Source: Squalus acanthias (Eukaryota). From it: a DNA stretch of 64,000 nt. The stretch is from contig CM059446.1 in assembly GCA_030390025.1 (NCBI GenBank), positions 2,914,001 to 2,978,000 of the forward strand. Reading direction: 5' to 3'. The translations under genes were made by a program, and so were the position numbers. Shown here piece after piece: positions 1 through 13,064 of the stretch (position 1 is its first letter; every line of letters starts with the position of its first letter). The notes below the pieces were generated by a model. That model searched no databases. It was not told the DNA's origin and saw only the letters and a list, made by a program, of their open reading frames with translations.

Positions 1-185
1 TATTTTTTTCTCACAGTCCCAATTCTGCATTAAAGCTACATATGAAAATTAAAAAGATGCATGGTAACGGGAGCTGGCTAGTACATTTATTGTAGCAGAG
101 AGCGAGAGAGATACGTTACTCTTGTGATAAGTGACTGAAGTATAAATTTTGAACTCTGGCATGAATTTATCAGACACATATTCGT

Positions 186-420
186 ACAAAAGCAAAATAC
201 TGCGGATGCTGAATATCTGAAATAAAAACACAAAATGCTGGAAATACTCAGCAGGTCAGGTAGCATCTGTGGAGAAAGAAACCAAGTTAACGTTTCAGGT
301 CAATGACCTGATTCTAACGAAAATTCGTTCTGACGAAAGGTCATTGACCTGAAATGTTAACACTTTCTCTCTCCACAGTTGCTGCCTGACTTGAGTATTT
401 CCAGCACTTTGTTTTTATTG
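186..420. mobile_element. Penelope-like-element-derived palindromic repeat (inverted arms) with a hammerhead-like core
   Basis: Arms at about 220-309 and 338-419 are imperfect reverse complements; CTGACGA-stem-GAAA at 330-354; related copies at 52408-52503 and 53568-53625. Confidence 0.65.
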
Positions 421-847
421 CAGCACATCTTAGTGCAGCTTCTAGGTTTTTGTCCAGCAGTTGCGAGCTGTACTTTGACTTCATCAGAGTGATTGCTGAG
501 AATGTTGTTTCACACAACGAGACGCGCCAGACCCGCCCCCAGCAGGCAAATATGAGTATTGAGATCACGTACCCAACAATGGTATCTGTTACTCATTATA
601 TATTTACTAATCTAAGTGCAATTAGCCACATCTGGATTCCTAATTAGCCACACGTGGCTTGTGACTAACTTATTTAACAACACTGATATAGCCCATAATA
701 ATCAAGTAAAAACTTAGGATTAAGACGGTAGTCTTGCTGTGAGACATTATTATTGATGGTTGATGTGTTGAAATTCAATATTGAATGCTTTGTTTTCAAT
801 TATGGACAAGCTCATCTGCAGCAAATAACGGTTTATATTCATTGCAG

Positions 848-961
848 GAAAATATCCTCATGCGTATACACTTTCATATCGCTGATGAAACAAAAGAGGA
901 CATTTGCACGGCAAAACACTGCATTCCTCACCAGAAATTTGCTATGACTTTGTTTGAACAG
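848..961 (+). CDS. USP54: USP54 exon (ENILMRIHF...AMTLFEQ)
   Basis: ttgcag acceptor, gtagga donor, 114 nt, phase 0-0; USP domain. Confidence 0.95.
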
Positions 962-1595
962 GTAGGAGGTGTTCTCATTCCCAGTATTAAGCATGGATTT
1001 TAAAACGTTGTCTTATACAACAATTTAGTTTTGTATTATTCAATTTTTTAATTACATTTATCTCAGCTATGTTTTACACTGAAGTTTGAGGTTTATCCCT
1101 TTTAATGCTGAATTTCCTTGGCACCTTTTACCAAAAGGAATATTAACATCTATGAGAGTGTTTCAAAGTATTACAATGGTGTAAAGTGGTTGCTTGTGAA
1201 AAATCCAAGTTGCTGATTTTTTTTAAAGTAGTGTAAAAATGCTACATTAGTGTTAAAAACAGTAAAAGTGTTATATTTATGAAATGGAATTCAGATCTTT
1301 TGAGTTCGCTACAATATTATGTATGCTACATGTATTACAAGAAAATGAGTGAAATAGGAACGGCTAAATTTAAAAAGGCAACCAAATGCAGATATTCAGA
1401 CTGTTTGATCAACATAGTTTTATAATTATGCTTTCAATCTGAATGGGAAAAGTATGTGGTTCCATGTGTTTTTGGGCAGAGCCTGCATCATTAAATGTGA
1501 ATGACTTTATATGTCACATTGCTAAATCATTCATAGCTTGCTACTTGAGAGACCAGATTGTACAATTTTTTTTATCATGTTTATAATAACTTCTT

Positions 1596-1932
1596 AGGAA
1601 CAGGCATTGAGCCCCTCGAGCCTGTTCCGCCATTCAATTAGATCACGGCTGATCTTTACCTAAACTCCATTTACGCGCTTTTGTTCTAAATTCCTTGATA
1701 CCTTTACCTAACAAATCTATCTCTCTGTTTTGAGTTTTTCAATTGACCTAGCCTCAACAACTTGCTGAAAGAGAGAGTTCCAGATTTCTACTACCCTTTG
1801 TGTGAAGAAGTGCTTCCTGACATCACCCCTGCACGGTCTAGCACTAATTTTAAGGTTATGCCCCCTTGTTCTGGACTCTCCCACCAGAGGAAATAGTTTC
1901 TCTCTCTCATCAACTCCTTTAATCACCTTAAG
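1596..1932 (-). mobile_element. CR1 LINE 3' end fragment
   Basis: Minus-strand ORF EKLFPLVGESRTRGHNLKI...FFTQRVVEIWNSL (CR1 ORF2 C-terminus) plus 3' UTR. Confidence 0.9.
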
Positions 1933-1939
1933 GATGATA

Positions 1940-2178
1940 AGGAAGGAAAGCTGCCACCTTTACCTGGTCTATATGTGACTCCAGTCCCACACCAATGTCG
2001 TTGACTCTTAACAACTGCCCTCTGAAATGGCCTAGCAAAGCCGCTCAGTTGTATCATAATTGCTACAGTTTAGTCGTTCAGGAAGATGGCCCATCCGCAC
2101 CTATTCAAGGCAACTAGGGATGGGCAATAGCAGCCAGTCTTGCCAGCAATGCCCACGTTCAAGAATGAATAATTAAGA
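1940..2178 (+). mobile_element. 5'-truncated SINE (MetaSINE-like central block) with a tail shared with the LINE at 14715-16415
   Basis: ggaaggaaagctgcc...tacctggtctatatgtgactccag...gccctctgaaatggcctagcaa...ggcaactagggatgggcaat; second copy at 53950-54320; family name is from recall. Confidence 0.6.
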
Positions 2179-2490
2179 AATGGACCTCACCTTAATCTGA
2201 ATGCCGAGAGCCAGGACCTTCCTCCATGCTTTCGGAACGTTTACATTTTTAACTGTTGGGAGAGAGCTTTCCTGGGCTGGACAGTTTGGCTGCTGCCTGG
2301 CAGGAGCCCTGTCGATGTGGACACAGTAATCCGTGGCTGAAATCTGAGCTGCAGCTACTTGTCTCGGTGCAAACGCAGCTGTAGTGAGAAGTCAGCAACC
2401 CTCGACAGAAATGGTACTTAAATTTAGAGTGCAGCAGACCAAGGCTAACCTTAATGACCTTCGTCAAGCTTGGTAGAATTATAATATATT

Positions 2491-3245
2491 GGCCCAGAAA
2501 TTAAACATGGATGGTTCCCGCGGGGGTAAGGATTCCCTGCGATATCGCACTCCGCGCCTACCTTTTTGCTCCGGGCCCACACGAACTTTAGTTTCAAAGG
2601 CTCTCTCTGTTGGAACCGTGCAGTGCTTGCGTGACCCAGAGGCGCAATTAGTTTGTGCGAGCTCTGGGATCACGTGATTCAGTTAGAGCCAATGGCAGCA
2701 CACCATCTTTCGTTCATAGTTTTGACGGCAAGAGCTGTCAAAGCTATGAATACTACAAACCCCCAAAAGAACAGCTAAACCTCAATTAAATTAAAAAAAA
2801 AAAGCCATCACATTAATAAAATAAGTATAGTTAAATAAATTAACCACTTTAAACAAAAAATTAAATCTTTGCAAAAATTTTAAATCTTTTTAAAAGTTAT
2901 AAAAATAAACTTACCTTTCTTTAAAGTCTCTAAAAAAGAAAAACCTGTTGAAAAAAATTTAAAATAACACTTAATTAACTACTTACCTTGTTAAAAGGGG
3001 GTCCTACGCTTGCTTTCTTTATGTGTAAAATCTTCACCACTTACCTGCGCGTTCAAAGCTGGAAAAAAACCTAAGTGCACTGCGTGCGCACAGCCTGTAG
3101 TGCGCACGCGGTTCACTTAGGAACCGCCCCCTTTTCAATTCATGAAGTGCCGGTTTCCCGCGCATGCAGGAAACTGGCAATTCGGGATCTAATACGCGAG
3201 AGTACACAGTGCGTACTCTTGTGTATTAGGTTTAATTTTCGGGCC
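2491..3245. mobile_element. Non-autonomous DNA transposon (MITE), probably PIF/Harbinger (PHIS) group
   Basis: TIRs GGCCCAGAAATTAAAC / GTTTAATTTTCGGGCC, 3-bp ATT duplication on both sides, CpG-rich ends, A-rich core, no ORF. Confidence 0.75.
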
Positions 3246-3408
3246 ATTATGTCCTGACTGTACGATTTAAACGGACGATTGTGCACACCCTGGGAGGCAA
3301 GCCTTCGTTAAAGGACAGGGCTCCAATGCTCCCCAGTTCTCCCTGCACCAAATTATCAGAAGACATTAAAGCACTGAAGATTTCACAAATGGATCAGGTT
3401 AAAAAGGT

Positions 3409-3833
3409 AAAAGACTTGCATTTCTATAGCGCCTTTCATGACCATCGGTCGTCTCAAAGTGCTTTACAGCCAATTAAGTACTTTTTTTGAAGTGTAGTCA
3501 CTGTTGTAATGTAGAAACCGTGGCATCCAATTTGTACACAGCAAGCTTCCACAAACAGCAATGTGATAATGATCAGATAATCTGTTTGTGGTGTTGATTG
3601 AGGGGTAAATGTTGGCCATGACACCGGCTAACTTCCCTGCTCTTCTTCGAAATAGTGCCGTGCGATCTTTTGCGTTCACCTGAGAGCGCAGACAAGGGCC
3701 TCTGTTTAACGTCTCATCCAAAAGACGGCACCTCCGACAGTGCAGTGCTCCCTCAGTACTGCACTGGAGTGTCAACCTAGATTTTTCTGCTCAAGCCTCT
3801 GGAGTGGGACTTGAACCTACAACCTTCTGAATC
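3409..3833 (-). mobile_element. Deu-domain SINE (SacSINE1/AmnSINE1-like), near full length
   Basis: Minus strand shows a tRNA-like B box (ggttcaagtcccact), the Deu core (gcactgtcggaggtgccgtc...gatgagacgttaaac) and an L2-like tail; several copies in the window. Confidence 0.85.
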
Positions 3834-4639
3834 AAGTTGATTGTTAGCGATGTATTGTTTAGTCCTGTCACCAAGCCAAGTCTTTCCAATACCGAGCTGA
3901 GCCCTGACGTTTGGACCGAGAAGCTTGAGTGATACTTTTTAAACTGTTATAGTCATAACCGAGTGTCCTGAGATTAAGTAATGTAACATAAATCACCGAG
4001 GTAAACAAAAACATATTAAACATGTGGTATTCAGAAATCTTGACTGCTCATTCTCCTCCTGCTGTGCTTACTGGAGACAGACACAGCACAGGCTAAGATA
4101 GTTAATTAAAAAAGGTCCCATGTCGGACACCTTATCCAACAGTGCTAAATTGTAAAACTCTACCTCATTCCTTCAGATGCCTGGTGAATGTTTCACAGCA
4201 ACGTCCTTTTTGATAGTGTAACTAGCCTGATTCCCATGTCCCCCCAAAATCGTAACGTGCAGTATGTTTGAGTGAAGGGATTTCCAACAAGCTTTGCATT
4301 TGGACTGCGTGATCCTCGTGTAGAAACTGCAACAACATGAAGTAGATTTTTTTGACAATACAGTATCACATTTATTTGTGTGCATGTGTGGCGTGGAGGA
4401 ATCTATGTTCAGTATAACATGAAGTTGGAAGGTTTTTCTTATACTTAGTATTGGATGTAGTTGTCTCCATGAACTGTTAACTAGTCTTTCCAATCTTATT
4501 AGTAATATTCAATACTCAGCAAGTACGTTTTGCTTTTATGACCCATGTAGTGATGTGTGAAAACTAAGCCGAAAGCTTCGAAACTTAGTAATAGGTTTGT
4601 CCGTTTTGATGGATTTTGTGGAACAATTCTTTCTTGCAG

Positions 4640-4722
4640 TGTGTTTGTACCAGCTGTGGCGCAACATCTGACCCACTGCCTTTTATCCAGATGGTGAACT
4701 ACATTTCTACAACTGCGTTGTG
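4640..4722 (+). CDS. USP54: USP54 exon ([28 protein letters not shown])
   Basis: ttgcag acceptor, gtaagc donor, 83 nt, phase 0-2. Confidence 0.95.
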
Positions 4723-5284
4723 GTAAGCTATTGCTAAAAACAATTGTACTAAGCTTGAACTTTACACAGCAACTTTCTCACACAAGAAGATTCTAACAGA
4801 ACTGGGATGAAGTTAAAAATAAAAAAGCTTACTGTGCAGCGTGCAGTGTTCCCTGTTGACGTACTGGGAAATCAGTCAGCTTTCACTTACAATTCTAAAT
4901 GCTGAAACCACAAACATTGACTTTAAACAGATTTATATATGGGTTTAGAAATTAAGGGTTTCAAATATAGTTTTGTCTGCTTTTCGTGAAACAAGACTAT
5001 ACTAGTCAAATTCTAATGGTAAACGTTTTAAAGTGCTGTAGTTGCTGGAGGAAGCTTCTTGCTGATGAAGAAAAATCTTATCTAATAATAAACGCTGCAG
5101 TATTTCTGCTATGTTCTGGCAGTCTGTCTCAGAGTCTCTGAACAGGGAGTGTCTTTGAAATGCTGACACCTTTACTCTAATAACATCATGAGTTACTTAA
5201 TGTTTTGCAGCATCTTGCACTTAACCCTCGATGTGTAATATGAATTTACATAGCGGTGTGTTCTAAATTTGGTGTATTTCTCCA

Positions 5285-5640
5285 AGGGAGGAAAAGGGAA
5301 TGGAATTTCTAAAAAGAGTGGAGGACTCTTTTCCTGTGCAGTATATCCGTTTGCCTGCAAAGGAAGAGGCATTGCTAGATCTAGTTATGAGTAACAAATA
5401 AATCAGGTAGATGAGTTACATGTGGGTGAGCAGCTCGGGAACAGTGGCTACACTATGATGAGGTTTAAGCTCCAAATAGAAAGGGAAAAAGTTAGTACAG
5501 GAACAAGTGCACCAAATTGGAATAGGGCTGAATTTAGAAAGATGAACTCGCTGAGATGTAATGGAAAGAGAAATTGGCATAAAGCATTGTGGATCAACAT
5601 TGGGATATTAAATAAAGGAGATTACAGAGCTACAGAATAA
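5285..5640 (+). mobile_element. Degraded CR1 ORF2 fragment (endonuclease C-terminal region)
   Basis: Residual peptides EEALLDLVMSN and VGEQLGNSG..MRF, typical of the CR1 APE domain end. Confidence 0.6.
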
Positions 5641-6126
5641 AGATAAACCATTTTTTTACAACAACAACTTGTATTTATATACAGAGCAAAAAAATATAAA
5701 ATGTTCAGGTATAAGCTCTTCAAATAAAGAGTGTTTTAGAGAGATGCAAAGGGGGACCTGCATTTTTAATCTAGTTGTAATATTTAAGTGGAATAGTGGT
5801 GTGTAATGTGTCAACTTAAAGAAAAAAAGTAGTTTCCTCACAAAGTTTAGAAGCACTGTGTAAGATGCCTTGGGATAATATGGCAGTCTCGCTTAATTAT
5901 GATCAAGATGGGCTGTGCATAATGTTTTACATAGAAAATTGTTTAGGCGCTTAATCAAATTCAAATAACAGAGCAATGTCTGGTACATGGCGAAGCAGTA
6001 ATCTTTTTACTTCAGGAGAGATGTTAATATAGTTGTCAGTGTTTCTGCTGTGGATGCCCTACAGAGTGCGGGCTTTGTTTGTTTTCATGGGAACCAATTC
6101 CTTTCTGCTTTGTCCCTTTTGTGTAG

Positions 6127-6232
6127 TAATCAAGCAATACGTATGATGGAAAGACGTGAGAAACCAACGCCTGACATGTTTGGGGAGCTTCTACAGAACG
6201 CGAGCACAATGGGTGATCTTAGGAACTGTCCA
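6127..6232 (+). CDS. USP54: USP54 exon ([13 protein letters not shown]...GDLRNCP)
   Basis: gtgtag acceptor, gtatgt donor, 106 nt, phase 2-0. Confidence 0.95.
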
Positions 6233-9200
6233 GTATGTATCTATTCACTCCTATTTCTCACTATTTGTGATGGTTTAAACACAAAGGTATTACTGCACTT
6301 GAATGTTGGCACCTTAAGAGATGAAGACTGTGAACATTTTAACTTCACTTATCAAATATATATTACAAAACAGTATCACTGCAAAGTAATTCTCTAATGC
6401 ATTGGTGTTTCTAATGCTGGGGATTGTAGGTTAAATAGCAACATGACAACAGTCAGATCACTGAGCAGGTGCTAGTTTGCTCGTGTTTGAAAATCGCCAC
6501 TTGATTTTTGGCTGCTTGGCCCTTGCCCATTGGTTGGGGAAGATCTGCACAGCGCAGTGATCAGAATACTGCATTCCTGGCCTGGGTGTATCCATGGCAG
6601 CAGTTCTTCACTGTACAAACTGCCAGCACATCAGCTGGCAATGTTTAGTATTTTAATTTAGTGTTTACTTGCAAGTTGTGAGGAAAAGGTACATGAAAAA
6701 ACTGGTTTAAAATTATTATTGCAACAAATAGAACAAAATTGAACAGAAAATTGTTTCAAAATAAAAAATCACTGCATATTAGTATTTTGTAATGTAATTT
6801 AATCATTTTCAAGAGAATCTTGGACTTGCTGTACAAGATTCTTGCCTCCACTGCAGTATTTTTGCTTCATGACATGAAACCTGTTTAGAGCCCATTTAGT
6901 GACCTGTTGGTATTCCTTTGTGCTCAAAATGCCCAGCTCCATGGTAATTTTTGCTTCCATTGGAAGATGGTCTGAGAATGTAACTGGAATCTCAATGACT
7001 ACAGTTCATTGTTGAATGTGAAAAGTTCAATAGCTGTAAGCACTTTCTCTCTCTTGACTGGACTACAGAATAAGAGTGGTAATAAAACAAATGTGACCGT
7101 GGAATGTGATCTACTCTTAATTTTATTCAAATCACTGAAGTGGTTTCATGAAATAAATGCCTTTCAAGAATTTGGAATTAAAATGTTATTCATTTCGTCC
7201 ATCTGTAAAAGGTATTGTTTCTTCTTTGGATATTCTACCTAATTTAAATTAACTGCGTGTTTGACTTTATTAAAATGTATTCACTGTTTATTTTTGAAAG
7301 GTAAAAAATGGAATGTCATCTTTCTGTAATAACTTTCCAAACCATTTTTAAAAATGTACTTGAAAGTGTTCCTTTAAATTTTATGCATCTTGTTTTCCTT
7401 CCTTTTTCTCACCCCAAATCTCCCTCTCCTCCCTCCTCGCCACCCCCAAAAACAAAATTCAATGTCCACACTAGTCTGGGGAGCAATTTGATGCTAATTA
7501 CACTTGCATGGGCCACTGCTGTAGCTTCACCTAGCTGCCCTACTGTTGTAATGTACATGAGAGTCTTGAATAAAGATCAGGGCTGGGTCTGCTCCCATGT
7601 TGTCTGATGTAAGAGCACAATTATTGGTCTCACTCAGCTTGACTTCAGCTTTAATACTGGGTTTGGTGTAATGCTGCTGTTCTCCTTCGCACCAAGCCAG
7701 TGTGATGAAGCAAATGAAGCTGAGAGGCAGTGTCTTTTTATTGATTAAGGCTGAAGGTTTCCCTAATTGTCTCTGGCATTAATTGTAAAATTGTTTTTCC
7801 ATGTTTGTCAACGATTGTGCTTCTGGTATAGTAAGTGTTTTTCTCTCTGTTTTCTTTACTCCATTCAGTTTCAGATTGATATAGCTTGACAGTTGCTGAT
7901 TAGTAGAAACATGTACATTCTGCCTGTTGATCCTGAATGACTGCCACAGACAATTATGGGGGTTGGAAAGGAGAGGAAAGGCAGTAACTGGTCTCATGGA
8001 CAGCGGTGTATAGCAGCTCTCAGAATATTTTCAGATAAAAGCACTGAAAATATTAGCAACCATTTCAACTCTTGCTGCATTAGTTTGTGATGCCAATATT
8101 GCTTGAATAGACCCCTGGGCATTGCATGAGTTAAATGTTCTCTACGACATTCCAAAATGGGTGAATAAATTCATCAAGTTACTATATGGAGGGTAAATCC
8201 TGAAGTTAATGTTTAGAGTATGTTGCACTGATGCTGAGCATATTATTGCCACTGACTGGTTAATCAATCATTGGCAATAGTTAATTAGAAACTGGAAAGA
8301 CTCTTTCAAAAGACATGACATCTGTATCCATTGCCTTTTGAACATGCTTGTGGTATATCACAATGAGTAGTCACCTTTTATTGATTGCTGGAACCAGCTC
8401 AGCAGAAATTGCGCAGTCCAGTTATTAACGGTTTTATTTGAAAATTGCGAACCATTGTGCATGTTCTTTTGCAAATAGGTTTATTATGTAAAATAAATGA
8501 AATACAATGACCTAATTGGGATTTAGAAATTATTAAATGAATCATGTTTTGGCCTTTTGCACAATGCTTGAATTACCACCAAACAAAACCTCTGAGTTTG
8601 CCCAATGACATTTGTAATGGCTTTTATGACCTTTCAGAAGTCCAGGAAGGTATGAGGTGCAGATAGCAAAACATATTTACAAATAAATAACTTTTAATAT
8701 ACAGTCTGTCCATTTCAACGTGTAGTCACCAAGAATTTATTTTTCATCTTTGCAGTTATATAAGTTTTTTTCAAGTATTCAATTAAATCTGAGAAAAATG
8801 GTAGGGTGCACAAATTTAATTGCACACAAAGCTTTCAGAATACTAATCTTTTATTAATGCAAGTCACTGCAGACTTTTTTTTAAAAAGTTAATTAAAATT
8901 TGTAATCAGATTGCTTCTTGTTCAACCCTCACAAACAATGGAAACTCCATTGCCAGTGGGATTTCTGGATGGGGATTAGAAGTGAGATTGGGTGGCTGCC
9001 TTCCCCCCCCCCCCCCTGCCCTCCTTAAGATGGGCCCTAAGCCCAATTACCACGCTCAGTTGACTTGTCTGAGGCTGAATGTTGAACCTGGCCTTTGTGC
9101 TCACTAAGCTGTTGGGAGCTTCAGCTTTCCTGCTGCCTTTTCTGTGGCCCAGAGAAGAGAATGTATTTATAATGTATACTGCAGTTGTTTGAATAGTGTG

Positions 9201-9612
9201 TCACCATAGTAACTTTATAGTTGACCTAAACGGAAACTGATGGGAGTGCAGAGGTATCACCTGGAATGATTTGCTCTCCTCTTTCCCCTTTTCTGTCATT
9301 GTCATCTTTTATTTCTCTCCTTGTGTTTTGAGAAGTGTGTGATTTCCACCAGATGCCTCATTGGATGGATGAGGTTGGGAACTTAACACATTGTTGGAGT
9401 GAACCTGCAACTGACCACACTGATGCAGCACATGTAGGAGTAGTATGCTGTGCTGCATGTTGTACAAAAAGAGCTTTCATCTGTGGAAGCACTTCACTCA
9501 GCTTTCAATGAGTGCTGCATAAACTCAGTGCGGTTGTAGTTTGTTTTGGTTTTGTAGGTACCATGAAAGGAGCTAAATATATATATTTTAAAACTTTTGA
9601 TTTTCTTTACAG

Positions 9613-9759
9613 AGCAACTGTGGTGAGAAGATCAGAATCCGTAAAGTGTTGATGAACTCCCCCGAGATAATCACTATCGGTCTGGTCTGGGACTCTGATC
9701 ATTCTGATCTTGCTGAAGATGTTATCCATAGCCTAGGAACATGCCTCAAACTAGGAGAT
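9613..9759 (+). CDS. USP54: USP54 exon ([49 protein letters not shown])
   Basis: ttacag acceptor, gtaaga donor, 147 nt, phase 0-0. Confidence 0.95.
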
Positions 9760-9784
9760 GTAAGATGGTTATTACTGTTTATTA

Positions 9785-11460
9785 CTGGTCAATAAGGAAA
9801 TGGCAGGCTTGTGAATTGAGTACTTTGTATCCATTTTTACAATGAAGGAAGAGGACAAAATACCAGCAGTACAAGGAACCAAAAAATAAGTCAAATGGAG
9901 GAACTTAGATTTAATTGAAGTAAAGAAATGGCAATGGAGAAAATAATGGGACTTAAGATAGACAAATCTCCAGGACCTGATGATTCCATCCCACAGTATT
10001 AAAAAAAAAAATTGGCGAGTGAATTTTAGATGCATTTGTCATAATTTTCCAAAGCTCTCTAGATTCAGGAATTGTGCCTTTTGGATTGGAAAATTGTAAA
10101 CCTCATTCTAGTATTTAAGGAGGGAGGGAGAATCCAACTAACTACAGACCCGTCAGTTTAATGTCAGTTGTGGGGAAGTTACTGGAAACTTATTAGAGAC
10201 AGAGTGACTGAGCACTGACCAAAGAGAGTTATCATGGATTTCTGATGGGTGGATCATGTCTGACTAAACTTTTTGAACTTCTTGAGACCAGTAGCATGGT
10301 GGATAGGGGAGTATCTATAGATGTTGTCGATATGGGCTTCCAGAAGGCATTTGATAAGGTCACACACAAGAGATTATGAACAAAAATGAAAGCGCACAGA
10401 ATTTTGTGATGTAGGTTGATAATTGGTTGGGAGGTAGGAGACAGGGATTTGGGAAAAGAAAGAACGTTCTCTGATTGGGATGTGACAGGTTATGTTGCCC
10501 AGGAATCTGTACTGGGGCCTCAGCTTTTCACCATATATATTAATGACTTGAATGAAGGAATAGAGAGTTGTATATCCAGGTTTGCAGATGACCCTAAGTT
10601 AAGGGGCACAGTAAGTTGTGTAGATGGGAGCAGGAAGTTACAAAGGAGACAGAGACTAGTGAGTGAGCAAAACTGTGTCAGATGGATTTTAATGTGGAGA
10701 AGTGTGAGGTAATTCACTTTGGATTTGAGAAAGACATATTGGAATATTTTCTTAATAGTGGGACTAGGAGCAGTGGAAGAGCTAAGGGATTAGGTGTCCA
10801 TGTACACACATCACTAAAAGCTAGTGCACAGGTACAAATAGTAATCAGAATGGCTAATGGAATGTTCTTTATCTGAAGGGGGTTGGAATACAGAAGTGAG
10901 GAAGTGAAGTTCAGGTTGTACATAGCCTTGGTCAGATCCCATCTGGAGTACTGTGTTGAGTTTTGAGCACCAAACCTCAGGAAAGATAAATTGGCCTTGG
11001 AAGTGGGTACAGCGCACATTCACCAGAGAACAGGTTGCATAAACTTGGTTTGTATTCCCTTGCGTTTAGAAGGTTGAGGGGTGATCTAATCAAAGTCTTT
11101 AAAATGATAAAGCTATTTGATAGGGTAGATACAGAGAAGCTAACTTTCCCTGGTGGGGGAATCCAGAACAAGGGGCCACGATCTTAAAATTTGAACTCGG
11201 CTTTTTAGGAGTAAAATCGGGTAACACTGATACAAGGGGTAATGGAATTCTGGTACTCTGTTCCCCTGTAAGGCTGTGAATGCTGGGTCAATTGAAATTT
11301 TCAAGACTGAGATAGATAGAATTTTGTTTGGTAAGGGTATCGAAGGATATGGATCAAAGGCAGGGAAATGGAGTTGAGCTACAGATCAGCCATACTCTGA
11401 TAGAATGGCAGAACAGGCTTGATGGGCTGAATGGCCAACTCCCGATCCTATGCTTGATTG
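9785..11460 (+). mobile_element. CR1 LINE, 5'-truncated, about 1.7 kb, frameshifted RT
   Basis: QESVLGPQLFTIYINDL...SRFADDPKL, FNVEKCEVIHFG, LVRSHLEYC and a CR1 3' UTR; starts about 25 nt after the exon donor at 9760. Confidence 0.92.
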
Positions 11461-13064
11461 TGTTTGTGATAACCAGAGCCGCAACAATGACTCTTTATCC
11501 ATTTTTGTAGATTAGTTTAATATTCATTTTGCAGACATTTAAGCTTCATAAAGATTAAAACATCTTGTCAAAAATAATTTTTTGGATAGTAAAAATTGTG
11601 TTAACAATTGCACTCAAATTTTAATTGCAGTGTTTTTGTATAGGTCCATTGTCCCCATTTGAAGCCAAATGATCCATTGTAGTAATCTTGGTTTTAATGT
11701 CGTTATATTTAATTTGCACACAGTACTGCTTCTTTCACCACTCATCATTTTAAATGAAGGTCAAATTGGTTTATAGTTTTGGAATCTGATTTGCTTCTGG
11801 TCAGTCTGTGGATTTCACTCGAGCTTTGACGGGTGTAGGTTTTGCAGAAAAAAAGCTGTGTTTCACCATTGTGCCATATTTCAATTCTGCGTTTGGAAGA
11901 TGGGCATAACTGTATTTGCTGGTTACCTTGGCAGCGCATAGACTTGAAGCTTTTTTTTATGCCATTGTACCTGAAGAAAATATTTGACCTTGAACTGGTG
12001 TATACATCTGAAGCTGGAAGAAAGTCTGGGGAATATCCATTAATTGCACTGCACTTTTCTCTAAATGGTAGCTCTCTGGTCTGGAATGCGGAAATAAATT
12101 CAACGATGAACTGACTAAATAACTCACCAGTCACAGCATTTGTTAGCTAACTGTCTGTTCCTTTTTAGTAGTTGTCTTGTCGGAGTATATTTTCCGCGTT
12201 CCACAGTTGGCTATCATGTGTTCTGTCAATGCTATGGAAACAGCAAAACACTGAAACGCTTCCTGAATTTAAAAATGAATCGTAGTTGTATAGTTCTGGG
12301 CCCCTAGCAATCTTTGTGCTATTGGATTCAAACTACAAAGTGAAGTCACTTCGCACCAGCACTACAGTTGTAGCGTAAATGCTGGCTCAGTCCACCGTCT
12401 TGGACCTCTATCAATCATATTAAGGTTTTACTGTGGTTTACAAAGAACCAGCATGCGTCAGCAACACTGAAGACAAAATGTTGGGATTCATTATGGATAT
12501 TAACAGAAAAGCTATTTTTTTAAATGGGGATTGTTTTGAGCCCATCACAGTTCACTCTTGGCTGGTCTACAATGAGACGGAGAGAGTGTATCAAGGAATG
12601 CAGAAACTTAATATTAGCCACAGAACTTGTTTATGTTCCTCTCGGGCATTTTTTTTCAGCTCTACGTGTACTCTTGTTTAACAATCCCCTCATTAATGAA
12701 GGATGACTTGTAAACCCCATTGGGTAGCTTGCAGAACGTTTAGGAGCCTTGCAACATAGTACGGTTTCCAACAAGGTCACAACGTGAGCAAATACAGCAC
12801 CCTGTGGGTTAAACCAGAAACTTTGGCTTACATATAAAACTGGCTAATTGTTTAATTCCAGGTACAGTAGTTCAATCAATGTTTGCACCTTGTGCATTTG
12901 CTGATGAGACTAAAACTCTTGTCAATTTTGTTTTCTAAAAGACTAGAATATTAACTAAAGCAAGGATTGCCGTAGACATCTCTGACCATGGTAAACTGAG
13001 GCTGATTAGATATAGCCCGTCACAATTTCAGCAAGCTTCAATGGATATCCTTTGTATTTTACAG

